Positions 13,746 to 26,090 of a DNA stretch of 64,000 nucleotides are shown in pieces. The position numbers were made by a program, and so were the translations under genes. The notes beneath the pieces are model-generated. The model saw only the letters and a list, made by a program, of their open reading frames with translations. It was not told the origin of the DNA and did not search any database. Origin of the DNA: Dimorphilus gyrociliatus (taxonomy: Eukaryota; Animalia; Annelida); contig CAJFCJ010000010.1 of the NCBI GenBank assembly GCA_904063045.1, positions 744,001 to 808,000 on the forward strand, read 5' to 3'. Each line of letters opens with the position of its first letter. Position 1 is the stretch's first letter.

Positions 13746-14491
13746 AGGTAGGGGGAAAGTATATGACAGAAATAGCATGTGCCAGAATAAAGAGAGTGAT
13801 ATTCAAAAAGTAATAACGTAATATTCTCTTTTGACAAGCTCTTATTAGACTTTTTTCAAAATTTGATGAAAAATTACACTTACTTAATATTTAAATAGAC
13901 AAAATAGAAGAGCACAAAAAAGGGGAAAGAGCTTTTCTTTCCTTTCATAATCTTTAATCAATATACTAATTAGGAATAAAGATAAAGAGATAAAGACAAC
14001 GTTAAAAAGGGATCATTATATGAGATTTAATGTTGAAAATATCTTCATTTCAGCTACTTATGATGAAACCATAAAATGTACAAAAAAATATAATGACACG
14101 AGGGAAATAAAAGACAAGGATGAGCTATGTATACAGCAAAATAAATACGCCTATATAACGCCATCTATCAATTGATTAATTCCGACAGCATTACAAGAGC
14201 ATGAAAACGATCCGAACTGGAATTGTATAACGGTTCGTAAATGGCAGAAGAACGCAAAGATATCGATAATTGTACCCATGTGGATACTCCTTGCCACATC
14301 TTATGTTGTCATCGTTATAGAATCTTACTTCTCCGATACAAAGTATTATACAAGTGAAATTTACGATACGGAGAGAGCACTTCAATTCATACAGAATATG
14401 AAAAAGAAAAATGCACATATTATATGGTAAATTTAATACTAACATACTCATATAAATCACATAGCCTTGCTTTGAACTTAGCCCTTTCTCT

Positions 14492-14535
<44 letters not shown>

Positions 14536-15813
14536 AATATTCCTTTTCTCCAAATTTGTATCATTTTCTTACAATTTATCTTTCTTCAAATGTAAATAAC
14601 ATTAATTTTAATTTCTAAGAAAATTTTCAAAATACGAATATCGACTATATCATTAATATTAATCTGTAATAAAAGTTAATCAGGAAAGCTTCGAGCATAA
14701 ACTTCCTTTTCTACGCTTACAGATATTTTATTTATTAGAATTGACTCGTCTTCAAAAGTGATATAATATTGATAAAAATTAGCTATAAATTTTAGATAAT
14801 AAACAAGCTCTAATAGAACGTAGACTAAGAAGTAGTGAAGATAATAGGAATAATATAATAGTCAAAAAGTAAAGTTTATATATAAATGGAAAGAAAATAA
14901 TTATAAAAATGAAGTTTACAGACTAATTTGACATTATACATCCAAATTGGTTGATCTTTCTATAATGAAGATAGAAGTTATCATTAAATCTAACTATATA
15001 ATTCGTTTTTAATGATTTCTTTCATTTTCCTCACTATATTCCATTTTTACAGGCGTGCTGAATGTTTTCACTTTGAAAAACAGGATTCGACTTGGTATGG
15101 ACTTATAAATATGTCTTTTAGATAAAAAAAAAGAATAGAGAACGGGCTCTTTTAAAAGCATTGTCATTAAGTTCAGTTTCTTCATTATTTCAGTAGTAAG
15201 AGGCGTAAAGTAATTACTCAAAAATTAGAAAAAAGGTTCCAATACGAGATCTGCTTAGATCTATCTGGGGATTTTCCTGGATTTTGGTCAAATAGGATTA
15301 CCAGGGTAAGGAGATATAAATATATATTTACAGTTTATATCCTAAATGAAAAATAAATATTTACAGGTCAAGTTAACTTGCTCTTACGGATTTGTAGATG
15401 AGAGCATTCAGCAGGCCTATAAAAATCAGAGGGAGGAATTTAATAGGGAATGCCATGAAATTGATGAGCACGTTTACTTGCACGAGGTAGAGAAGATATT
15501 ACTTAAGCTCATTTACTTCAAATGCTTATGATAAACTATTGTGTCCATTCACTATTCATAAAGCTTAATATCTTTTAATTCTTACAAACAGATGTATGAA
15601 ATATCTGGTTTTAAAGACAAACTTGTTGTTTATCCGGATAGAGTTAATCTTCCATTTTGCCTTAATGAAACTTTTTATTGGATATTTGTGCTTTGTCTGC
15701 TTGGTGCACCATATCGGTTTTGGTTTAAGCTTTCAACACATCATGAAAAATTTATGATTGTGAAATTATTAGGCTTGAAACGACAAAAAGAAGAAATGAG
15801 TGATGCTATGTAA
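11552..15813 (+). CDS. TMEM151-family-like membrane protein (about 430 aa); exons 11552-11694, 12677-12720, 12931-12974, 13114-13212, 13269-13383, 14054-14128, 14189-14426, [14684-14694 uncertain], 14796-14868, 15194-15305, 15367-15486, 15592-15813
   Basis: Phase-consistent GT-AG chain. Translation resembles TMEM151A/B: hydrophobic segments ASVLAHIVFFTALSILLVAY and IIVPMWILLATSYVVIVIESY, then IQNMKKKNAHIIW|KA (cf. MQQATPCIWWKA), VKLTCSYGFVDESIQQAYKNQREEF (cf. [25 protein letters not shown]), and GFKDKLVVYP...FYWIFVLCLLGAPYRFWF...IVKLLG (cf. FWAAALLTLSWPLRV...VEKLFG). Family call is from memory of the human sequences. Two junctions are uncertain (see findings). Confidence 0.75.
13708..13742. 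repeat. (GA)n microsatellite (intronic)
   Basis: Perfect AG dinucleotide run. Similar runs occur at about 4817-4840, 6838-6860, 14487-14527, 17158-17200, 21447-21500, 23690-23718, 31115-31146, 39953-39972, 45040-45090, 54475-54500, 55326-55350 and 63942-63975. Confidence 0.95.
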
Positions 15814-18575
15814 CAACTTCATTCACCTACTTCTATATAATTATTATATAAACTATGCCATAGGTAACTAATATTTAACTTCCATCAGTGTACTAAATTG
15901 TGGTATATATACACACATATGTATTTCAAAAATTTGTATATAGCTATGTCTTTTATTGTCTATTTTCTTTTTTTATAAGTTGTAAGGAAACGTTGTATAT
16001 AAAAGTAAAAGTTATGAAAAATATTTTTTGTGTAGATTCTTTCTATTTGTTTCATAATTCCTCCTCTTTTCTTCGGTTTTCTTTATATTTTTGACACTTA
16101 AAAAATTGCGAAAGTGAGTAGAGCGGGTAGAGAAAAAAAATGAATGTCACTTTTGTTTCTAGAAAGAGTGCTTCAAAAAAGCTAATAGTAGATGTCGCCA
16201 CTAGTTTAAGAGAACTAACTAAATTTTCATTATCGATTAATTTCTTTTTTGTCAAAGTCCCTTTAGTTAATTGAAAAATGGCTGTTAATGTCAAATATTG
16301 CTTTTTAAGACGCAATGGCACAAATATAAATATATATACAGTATACATATATATATATATGTATATAAGCATTGAAATTGCAAGCTTTAGAAGAGAAGAG
16401 AGCCTCAGTATGGTATTACTAAAAAATGCCTGTTTTTTTCCGGGAAGTCTTAGGCCTAGATTTAAGGTTTATTGTATAGTAGAGGCATAAATAAATTGGA
16501 TTCCATCGACTTTGTAATCTCTATGGAGACTAAAATACATTAAAATACGAATAGTATGAAAATATCTGGAAATTTTATTACTTTAAATTTCGTTAGGAAT
16601 CAAGATTTCCATATTAAAATAACTTGCAATCTCTCTTCAACATCAAAAAATATCATACTTGAAACAGATGATATATAATTAAATGATTAAATATGATATT
16701 TGTTTATTATTTCTAAAGATTCATAATAGATTTATAAAGTCATAATACTATATTTATTTTTCTAATTTTCTTAATTAAAATATTAATTAAAAGATAAAAA
16801 AAAGTAAACCAAAGCTAATATGCTAAATAAAATATGCACAAGAAGAAAATCTTGACAATTCAGTTCGTGCTCTAGTCGCTTCCTATATTCTACAATGGTC
16901 CTGAAAATTCCATTTGTAGCTCTCGTTAATCTTCAACGCTCTGATTACGTTGGCTTGAAGTTTTCTCATATGCTACAAACAAAAAATCGTTTCCTTAAAC
17001 AAATATATAATTAGTTGCGAATTGTTCCTAAATCAACTACAAACAACTTTCCTAACCAGTTTCTTACAAAACTCTTACATAATCTATCGTACCTTCTTGT
17101 CTTATTTATATGATAAAGAAGCCACCAATAGGAATAAAACAAGACATATAAAGAGAAAAGAGAGAGAGAGAGAGAGAGAGAGGGAGGGAGGGAGCGAGGG
17201 AGCGAGGGAGATATAGATAGAAAGAAGGAAAGAACGAAAGAAAGAAAAGGAATACATATATATTCTTAATGTTCCTTCACCCAAAAAAGGACAAAAAATA
17301 ATAGATGCTAAGAGATAAAAGTAAGAAAATGAAAAATTATATATTTCAGTTAAATATCAGAATATATGATATTTTGATAAATTTACATATGTATTTCATT
17401 TTGATTTTTCATTTATCAAATGTACCATTTAAAACATATTTGTCATTTATTCCAATAAAAAATATACTAAATAGCTGGAGAATGAACACATAAACTATGA
17501 GCTCAGATATATCATTTATAATTAATCATTTAATATTCTGATACTGTAGTCAAGAAGTTAAAGGAACTATCTTTCCAGAGAATGATGGTCATCTCCAAAA
17601 ATTAACGTTTTTTAACATAAATAATTTTGAATCTTTAGATTGGTAAAATATATTCCACAATTACTTAATTTTATAGGCATAACATCAACTGTTACCTTTA
17701 GAGAGGAGGTTAAACCTATCAAATCTCTAAAAATTACTATCCAGTATCTCCAACAGGGGCTGTACAATCATGACATGCTTACATTATACAGTATTTAAAT
17801 CATATATAAATGTCAATCGTTTTATCAGCCGTTGATAAATTCTTAGCTTTTTGCTACCTAAGTTGCTTAGCTTGTATTGTCTATATTAATTTAGAATACC
17901 GTCCACTTACTTACGATGAAAGCTGTATTCGGTATATAATAAATTCAATATATGTATATACATATAAACAGTATAATATATATTTTTGTTTAGATCAGCT
18001 TGTAGAATGAAATAATCAAAGCAACATTTGACTGCTATTTATTCATTCCATAAAATGAATAGGCGTATAATATATATGAAATTCTGTTATATAACAATAA
18101 TAAATACGAGGATACAAGTATCTCTATTGCAAGTTTTTACGTAGCTCCTTTTTTTTGCCAATTTACTATAACAGAAAAATGAAGGCATATAACAAAAACT
18201 GGAACAGCTCTATTAGATCAACATTAGCTTTTACCCTTTAACATTCTTTTACAGAATAAAATAATCAATAACCTTCTACAATTTAACAATTTTTACATTT
18301 AGTATTTTGAATGAAAAAGAAAATAGATTGCTCTTTCTTGTTTTATTGTTTTTCCAAGCGTATAAAAGATATTTAATAAACGAAAACATGACAAAGGTTA
18401 AGATACAAGTATTTACAATGTGTAACTCTCATTTCAAATATATATATATATATATACTTAAAGTATTGATAGAAAGTAGTAAAGAGATACTAAATTGGTT
18501 TCCTCTTAGTAAAAACAAATTAGTGAAAAGAAGAAAGTAACCATTTTTTACACAATAAGGGTCAATAGAAGAATA

Positions 18576-19379
18576 TTACAATGGAGTATTGATATGTTCA
18601 GTCACTGTATCATTACATATGAAAACCTCTTCAACTTCTCTATTCGAACCTGCTAAATTGAAATTGGATGGCGAAATAGGAGGAGAATCTCTTTCATCAT
18701 TTCGGTGGTTATTTACAACAATGAAGGGTGTGGAATGCTCCTTTTTCGTTTTTAATTGTATAAAGGGCTCTTCACGGACTTCTAATAAATTTTCGCTAGC
18801 TGTATCAGGGCGAATTCTGTCAGTTTCATCAGTGTTTTCGCTATTAACATATCGGGCGTCCGTAATGTATATAAGACCATCGTCCCCGTTGGAAATTGGT
18901 GTAGTCTTGGTTCTTTCATCAGTCTCAGATCCAATTAGAATAATAGAGGAAAATGGTTGTCGACAATGCATGCATTTTCCAGTTTGAACTAGATCAGCCT
19001 GACAGCCAGCTTCTTTAGAGAACGTTACATTAGGTCGATAAAATGAATTATTAGGACTTTTGCTTTCGTATAAAATGTTACGTTGTAAAAAAGAAGATCT
19101 ACTGTTTTGGCTTCTGCTAGAGTTAGATACAACAAATATTCCTGGATCAGTAGCTGTTGAATAGCTGGTAGTTTTCAATGAATTCTTCTTTACATTTGTT
19201 ATATATACTCTATAAATAGAAAAGCAATTAAATATATTATTATGATTATTTAGAAAGGTGAACTGAGAAATTATACGAAGAGGTCTCAACTTCTTACCTT
19301 TTACAGTATAAAAGTATGCATAACGATAAGAATACTGTGACAACAATGAGGGAACATAAAACAATTGCAGTAATTACAC
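18576..19379 (-). CDS. Partial gene: single-pass membrane protein with a long Ser/Thr/acidic cytoplasmic tail; exons 19379-19298 (TM) and 19209-18576; N-terminal exon(s) not resolved
   Basis: Exon 19379-19298 (TTTTCAG|...|GTAAGA) encodes GVITAIVLCSLIVVTVFLSLCILLYCKR. It splices in phase 2 to the acceptor at 19210 (TATTTATAG) and an open 210-codon tail ending ...EHINTPL*. No homology recognised. Confidence 0.65.
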
Positions 19380-21700
19380 CTGAAAATAGTTATTAGATTT
19401 TAAAAAAATTTGATTTATGCTAATTACCTTAATTATCATGTTTTGATCGTTATTTTATAAAAACTAATTTACATGTATATTGCTTTTTATAATAGAGGAA
19501 AAATGACTATTTAATCGGGCGACACCATTGGCTAGAAAGAAGAAGAAGATGAAATAAAGAATACTTTTTGTAAGGGCAATGTGTTAACAGCATATATACT
19601 TGGCCATATTTCTTTTAGCAAGGTTAATAATAAATGAGAAAGAAAAGGATGTAACAGGATAAAGGTGTGTACATATATATGTAGAAAGGAATAAAGAGGC
19701 GGCTGAGAAAGATAAAGATAAAATAAGACAAAAGTAAGGAAAAAGAGAAGAAAAGTGAGTAAATTTCAAATTAGCAGATGCTTTTCTCCTAAGTACATTT
19801 TTCAGTGTTTTATCCTCAACCTTCAGTTTTTTTTAGCAGAGAGTAAAAAGAGATGAAACATAAGGCAAACTATCCATCACCTAGTAAGACAAAATACAAT
19901 TTAATGAAAAGAAGAACCTGACGAGCAAACTAATTTAAACATTGCTGTATCAAATTTTAACGAATTGGTTTAACGTTAATCTCTGTCTTCTACTTAATCT
20001 CTTAAAGACAAGAATATCTTGTAACGTTTTTACGCAATGGGCTATTCTTTGGAAGAAATGGATTTTTCATTATTATTGCCATTATTATTATACCTTGAAT
20101 ATTTCTGGAGGGGTGGGGTGTGGAGGTGGGGAAATGAATATAAAAAACTCCCAAAGGTTTAATATAAGCTCAAGTTACAAATTGGAGTATGAAAATAATT
20201 TCTATTCTATCAAATAATTTAGATGCTAGTTTAATGCAATACGACTGCAATTTTCTTGTTCCTAAAATTCCTATACTTAAACTATAATATACCTTTTGCT
20301 ATTCTCTTTTTATAGATAGAATGAATAAACAAAGGATATTGCACTGTTAAAATTGATTTTTTATTACATATGACGAATACAATTGCTGTAATGAATATAT
20401 TTATATATTTAGCTTTTCATATAAGTAAAATATTATATTTACAGATTGATATATTAATTTATTACAACTGGTTAATATTTCGTTTAGTTTATATTCATCG
20501 TCTAATAGGATAGATAGCTAGTAGAGTAAGGGATAGAGGAAGGATAAATTACTATTAGATTAATTTATATACGAATTCCATTGAAGTATTCATACGTATA
20601 ATAAAATAGATAATACATCTTTTTACTTTCCTACTCTTGATTCCGCACCGTTAATGCATTCTGAAAAATATCTTACCCTTATCCATTCAAAAATAAGAAA
20701 AAATCTCTTAAATGATCGCTGCAGGGAAGCTTTTGCAGTACGTTTAACTTAGGCCAGCAACATCTGTTTTAATTATGCAGAACGGTTCAATATTCAAAGT
20801 ATCGATTTTAGTTAAAGCGTGCTTAGAGAAAAACAACCAATGTGAATGTTTTTCCTAATTCTTTGATTATTATATGAATCTATTGGACAGCTTTTGAGGG
20901 ATGCTTAAAAGCCGCATCCAGATATAAGTACGTGATGGTTTTTTACTGGGAAAATTCTCATTGTCAATGTCATTTTTGCATCTTACAAAGTATTCTATTA
21001 TATAACGCAAAACTTGTACTGTTTGAGTATGAAAACATCATAGATTTTTGTACCAAATATTGCCACTCTTTCTTATTATACTTGGAAAAGGATTTATCAG
21101 ATAACAATACATTTTTTTATGCATATAGTGTAATTGTGTAAGTCACGAACACGTATTTTGGGAATATTATTTAGAGGGGAGAAAATTTCTGTCTGTCTTG
21201 TTTGTTAACAAGTGAATAGTGCTTATAGGAATAAATGCCGTATATACTTATATATACATATCTGTAGCGAATATATAACACGGTATATGTGTAGTGCATA
21301 CAGCATATACCTTGTATATATATACATAAAGAATGAAAATAGATTGCAATTAAAAGTATATAGTATATTTATAGCTACTTTCTTGTCAAGTATAAATATA
21401 CATGCAATGTACAGGATAAAAGGAGGGGGAAAGCAACGAAGGTAAGAAGAGAGAGAGAGGGAGAGAGGGAGAAGGAAAGAAGAGAGACAGACACACAGAC
21501 GGATAGACAGAGTATATTTTTTTTTAGTTTTTTACTCTCTTTTTTTTTACCAATATAAAAGATTTTATGATCTAAAAATTTGTTGAAACTGAACAACAGC
21601 AAATCATAAAAGTGATTAAAAGTTGATAATTTTATATGATTAACTAACACTATAACGGTATAACTGCAAAGAATTTGCATACAATGAATATGGAAACACG

Positions 21701-21806
21701 TATATAAGTAGGGTGGCAGTGCGTGTCGCTTTCATTATCACGGCTGCATTTCACTGTCAGATACGCAGGTTTTTACTTTTTTCTCTGCATTATGCACGAG
21801 GTTTGT
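21701..21806 (+). promoter_or_regulatory. Candidate TATA/Inr core promoter and non-coding first exon, possibly of the GPCR at 24408
   Basis: TATATAAG at 21701, Inr-like TTCATT at 21731-21736, a locally GC-richer stretch, donor-like GAG|GTTTGT at 21801, and an acceptor TTTTCAG at 24401 just upstream of the GPCR ATG. A GA-repeat lies at about 21447-21500. Motif match only. Confidence 0.3.
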
Positions 21807-24407
21807 ATTTAAATTGAACTTGCTAATTTCTTTTAATTAACTCTTTGTAAATTTTAATTGAGTTATTTTAATTTATAATTTTTTATTACATCAAAATTTG
21901 TACTTGGAATATTTAGTAAGTTTTTAAAAGCTACACTAATTACATCATATAAGCAAATTGTAGTTTAGTTTAAACTTACCTTTTTTCTTTGTTTTCTTAT
22001 TCTATTTATACAGAGAATTTGTATTTACGGTATATATAAAAGTAGATAAAAGTATTGTCTCTATTTCATTTAAATATCAAATAATTACGAATTCAGTTTT
22101 TACTTATTAATTATCAAGTTTAAACTACAAGTTCATTCAGACCTATTAGGAATAGTTTCTCTTGTCAACCTTCTCTACTTTCGTAGTGTATTTAAGATTG
22201 TCTAAAGTATTATTTATCCTTTTTAGCTGACAATCTAATATCGTTTTTTTAATATTATTTTTTATCAAGTAACCTTCTAACAAGTTGAAATTTTATACTA
22301 CAATAGAAATTACTTTATCCCTTATCCCTCAGAAATCTCTTTTGACGTTTACTAATTAGCTTAATATGAAGATCTGGAGAAATTTAATACCTTTTTTGCT
22401 ACGATTATTTTACTCAGAATTATATAATATCCTTAAGGAATAGGAGTTAAATCGTAAGGGAAAAAAGTAAGCTAAAGTAACTTACATTGAACTTGACTTG
22501 TAAAGTATTTACTAACCTTGATCCTATTTACTCAAAACGGATCATTTTTTATGTACAGGTAACGATTTTTAATAATTATCTTATAAATCAGTTTATCATT
22601 ATTTTTCACACTTCTGTTCCTTTACTTTTCAATGTATTTAATTTATCAATAATCTTTATAATAAAAAGTAAAACTTTTATGAATAAAGTCAATTACGAAT
22701 TCATTTGCTATAGAATTTTACTTCTCTTTTTTTTGTTCTTTAAATAGCTACTTTTTCTACTGATGTTTCTTTTTCTCCTCTACTTTCTTTTGTATTTTTT
22801 TCTCAAACATAAAAAACTTTACCAATAGTTTTCCAATTATTTTAACAAAATTTTCTCGATTTTTAATCATTAATGGCACAGCAATATTTTATCTCTGGCA
22901 ATTAACAATTGTTAACATATACTTATAGTCAGTATATAAACTCGAAATTGTCAACAATTTATACTCAATTATATATATAAAAAAATTTTCCATCAAAGAT
23001 CTAAGAAATTATCATCTATCAAGAATTATAGAATAGATTAAACCTTATCTAACAGATGTGAATAGATTTTCGATATAAAAGCTTTAATTCTAGTTATAAT
23101 CCTTATTGAACAAATTTGGACGAGCAAGAACGTGCTTTGAATAGATTCGAAATTATTTAAAGGCTAGCTAAAGATTGAGTACTCTTTCTCTCCATACACT
23201 ATTGTTAATTAGAGCGTGCTTGTCCCAGTGACGAAACCTTCCTTCTGCAAAGAATGTAAAAATTTTAAATGATAAATTCTCCATATGATATATAAATACA
23301 GTATATGAAGTATATTCATCTATATAAATATATACAGCAATATATTTGTTTTAAAATTTTAAACCAATTATACTCTAGGTTACTCTAATTAGTCACAAAA
23401 AATTGAAAAGTCATTGATTTTTCAAGTAGTTGTTAATTGTTTTTTTAATAAATCACCGTTTTCGTTTGTAACAGCAATTTTTCAATTTCGTTTATAATAT
23501 TTACTCATGATAATCTCTAAGAAATTTTAACAATGAGAAAGGAAATAAATAGGGAGACGAATAGAAAAGAGAGGGAGAGATGGACATGGAAAGAGAAAGA
23601 AAGAGAGAATGTTTAGAGGTAATAGAGGCAAAGAGAGAAAAAACGAGAGAAAGAGAATGAAATAGATTGGAGAACAGTAAAACTAACGAAGGCAGAGAGA
23701 GAGAGAGAGAGAGAGAAGATGGAAAAACATTCAAAACAAAGTAACTGTATGATCATAAATATACCTGGATTTTGGGTATCAATCACAATTTTGTTCGAAA
23801 AGAACACCTACTTAATAGCCAATTGCGTCTCTTGAAATTATCATTATTATATAATTAATATTTATAAACAATAAAGTTCTATTTTCAACAGAACTAAACT
23901 ATTAGTTTTTTATTTGATATAAAAAAAAACAAAGAAAATATAGGTCGCAGGTCGAATTAGGTCTTTTTTTAACATTTTCTATTTAACACAAAATAAAAAA
24001 AACCTCCCAGATTCATTAACTTTGAAGTATATGTAATCTACTACAGTGATTTCCTGTTACAGAATAATATAGGCCTATATTGAAAAATTCATTCTCAGCT
24101 GTTAACTAAAACGGACTCTCTAGTACAACACGAATTCTCAATATGTTGAAAAGAAACTGTTCTTAAAGGGTACGCAATCTAGAGCAACCAGGAAAAGAAT
24201 GCAAAGCCAAAGGCATAAAAAAATGAACTATAGGTTTTAAGCAATAGTGTAACAGAATTACTATGAAACTATGAAGAGTATTTTGTACATATTGAAAATT
24301 AAGGGGAAATTCTAGAATCCACCAACGCAAAAAATCAGCTATCAAGCAAATTGACAGCTTAGAAATATGAATAAAATGGATAAATACTTTATGCTTTTCA
24401 GAATCCC

Positions 24408-25487
24408 ATGAACTCTTCTACAATTCATAATGGATCAGATACATACTACTCAAAACTGGAGGAGAGAATTGCACTTCTTATCTACAGTTATATTGCTCCA
24501 ATAACATTAGCCTGCTTAGCTATCATTGCAATTGGTGGTAACAGTTTAGTAATTTGTGTCATTCTCTCGCAATCTGCACTTCGGACCTTAATAAACTTTC
24601 TATTGTTAAATCTAGCCTTGGCTGATCTACTCTTTGCACTAACAGTAATACCTGGGAAAATTATAAAATATTTAACGGTTTTAGATAACAGTTTGCAAAT
24701 GGGTAACGCTGTTTGTAAAATCTATACTTATCTTACATATACAATAACAGATATTACAATAACATTGTTAATAGCTATATCTTTTCTACGATTGGCTATA
24801 GTCGTCTATACGACTCAGACAGCAAAATACAGAAGCTTTAAAAATATCTCTAAATTGACGGCCTGCATTTGGGTACTAATTTCGGCTTTACATACTCCAC
24901 TGGTAGCAGTTGCTACCGTTAAAAGCAAAGGGAACAAGTATGCTGGAATAGTATATTGTGGAATCGACGATGAATATATCAATTCAGTGTTACTAAGCTT
25001 GAGCATAGGTGGTTACTTCGTACCTGCTTTTTTAATTACAGTAGTATATGCTCTGATAGCCTACCACTTAAAAAATGAAACAAATGATAATACTATAGAC
25101 GCTGCAAAAGAGAGGACAAGAAGAGCTTTGAAGATGATGGTCGTGGTTGTTTTGGTGTTTTTATTATCTTGGTTGCCGACGCATTTAAACACAATATTAT
25201 CTATGAAGCAAATATATTTAAAAAGCGTATGGTTCGAACTGCTACGATTACTCTGCGATATATTGGCTTATGGAAACTCATGCGTTAATCCGTTCATCTA
25301 CAATTTTATGTCATCTGAGTTTAAAACAGCTTTTCGTAATGTTGTCTGCTGTCGTTGCAGAAATAATAATAACAGTAGGCCTTCAACAAGAACAGAAAAT
25401 ATCCAAATGAGTCCCATAAACAATGAAAGATTCTTAGACGATATGGAAAAAGAATGCCTTAACTTAGCAGAAACTGCAGTTGTTTAG
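24408..25487 (+). CDS. Class A GPCR, divergent allatostatin-A/galanin receptor-like, intronless CDS (359 aa)
   Basis: Seven hydrophobic segments with GN (TM1), NLALADLL (TM2), Cys at the top of TM3 and in ECL2 (VYCG), SWLP (TM6), AYGNSCVNPFIYNFMSSEF (TM7/H8). Overall pattern resembles AstA-R/GALR. The DRY motif reads LRL. Confidence 0.9.
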   Translation: MNSSTIHNGSDTYYSKLEERIALLIYSYIAPITLACLAIIAIGGNSLVICVILSQSALRTLINFLLLNLALADLLFALTVIPGKIIKYLTVLDNSLQMGNAVCKIYTYLTYTITDITITLLIAISFLRLAIVVYTTQTAKYRSFKNISKLTACIWVLISALHTPLVAVATVKSKGNKYAGIVYCGIDDEYINSVLLSLSIGGYFVPAFLITVVYALIAYHLKNETNDNTIDAAKERTRRALKMMVVVVLVFLLSWLPTHLNTILSMKQIYLKSVWFELLRLLCDILAYGNSCVNPFIYNFMSSEFKTAFRNVVCCRCRNNNNSRPSTRTENIQMSPINNERFLDDMEKECLNLAETAVV

Positions 25488-25927
25488 CTTCACTTCCCTC
25501 ATCTCAATATATAAAAAAAACGGTACACATAATTAATGATATGCTGTTTTTTTAATTACTCTTTCCAGATTCTTGGTTTTTTCTACTCAAGAGGATCTTT
25601 TCTTAATGTTTAAAAACATTTTAACACTTCAAGATTTTTTCATATCTTTCAATAGAAATTGAAAACTTTATTAATTAAATTTAGGAAATCTTTTGTTCAA
25701 ATTGTAGTTAAACTACACATATAGCCCTTCCTTACGTGCAAAGGATGCAGTACTATTTAAGGGGCTAGGTAGACAGACACATTATTTGTACTTGAATATT
25801 ATTTTTAAATAGTGCGCTGAATTAGGAAATTTTACATGTTATCTTTATTCTCTTTTTTATCATTTGTTTTGTCTACATTCCGAAAATATTTTCCCTTTTT
25901 AGCTCATTTGACTGATATTCAATAAAC

Positions 25928-26090
25928 TTGTACTAATATATAAGAAACCCTTCCAAACAACTCCTAAACTGCTATTGTCACACTTGACTGAAGGATTTAT
26001 TTACCAGCTCCAAGGTAAACTTCAATCATTAATGAAAACTTATGACTTACCTGACTTCTTAAGATCTCTTTTTCTTGGAGTTGAGGATAT
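25928..26090 (-). mobile_element. Decayed Tc1/mariner transposase fragment
   Basis: Minus-strand reading VFIND*SL...NPSVKCDNSSLGVVWKGFLYIS resembles Tc1 VIFSDESKF...PTVKHGGGSVMVWGCFS. It is interrupted by stops. Confidence 0.4.

Noticed and set aside
243-14175. In-frame TGA at Trp-like positions (243-245 in CHS, 14173-14175 in the TMEM151-like gene) suggesting UGA=Trp recoding
   Set aside because: Intact genes in the window use TGG for Trp, the GPCR at 33794 ends in TGA, the CHS copy also has frameshifts and deletions, and the TMEM151-like stop is removable by a 60-nt intron.
16860-16972. Minus-strand exon-like segment after GTTTGTAG (AYEKTSSQRNQSVED* or HMRKLQANVIRALK...)
   Set aside because: Could not be linked to an in-phase donor of any gene with confidence, so not listed as a feature.
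13521-17284. ORFs rich in ERERER or SLSLSL (13521-13837, 14191-14553, 17022-17284; also 6719-7013, 21375-21680, 23501-23807)
   Set aside because: Translation artefacts of (GA)n microsatellites.
21712-21765. TGGCAGTG...CACTGTCA hairpin carrying a miR-34-type seed
   Set aside because: The sequence after the seed does not match miR-34 as I recall it, and the stem (about 8+4 bp) is too short for a pre-miRNA.
26044-26056. ACTTACCTG resembling the 5' end of U1 snRNA
   Set aside because: No downstream U1 stem-loops or Sm site; it is just the reverse complement of a donor-like CAGGTAAGT inside a TE relic.
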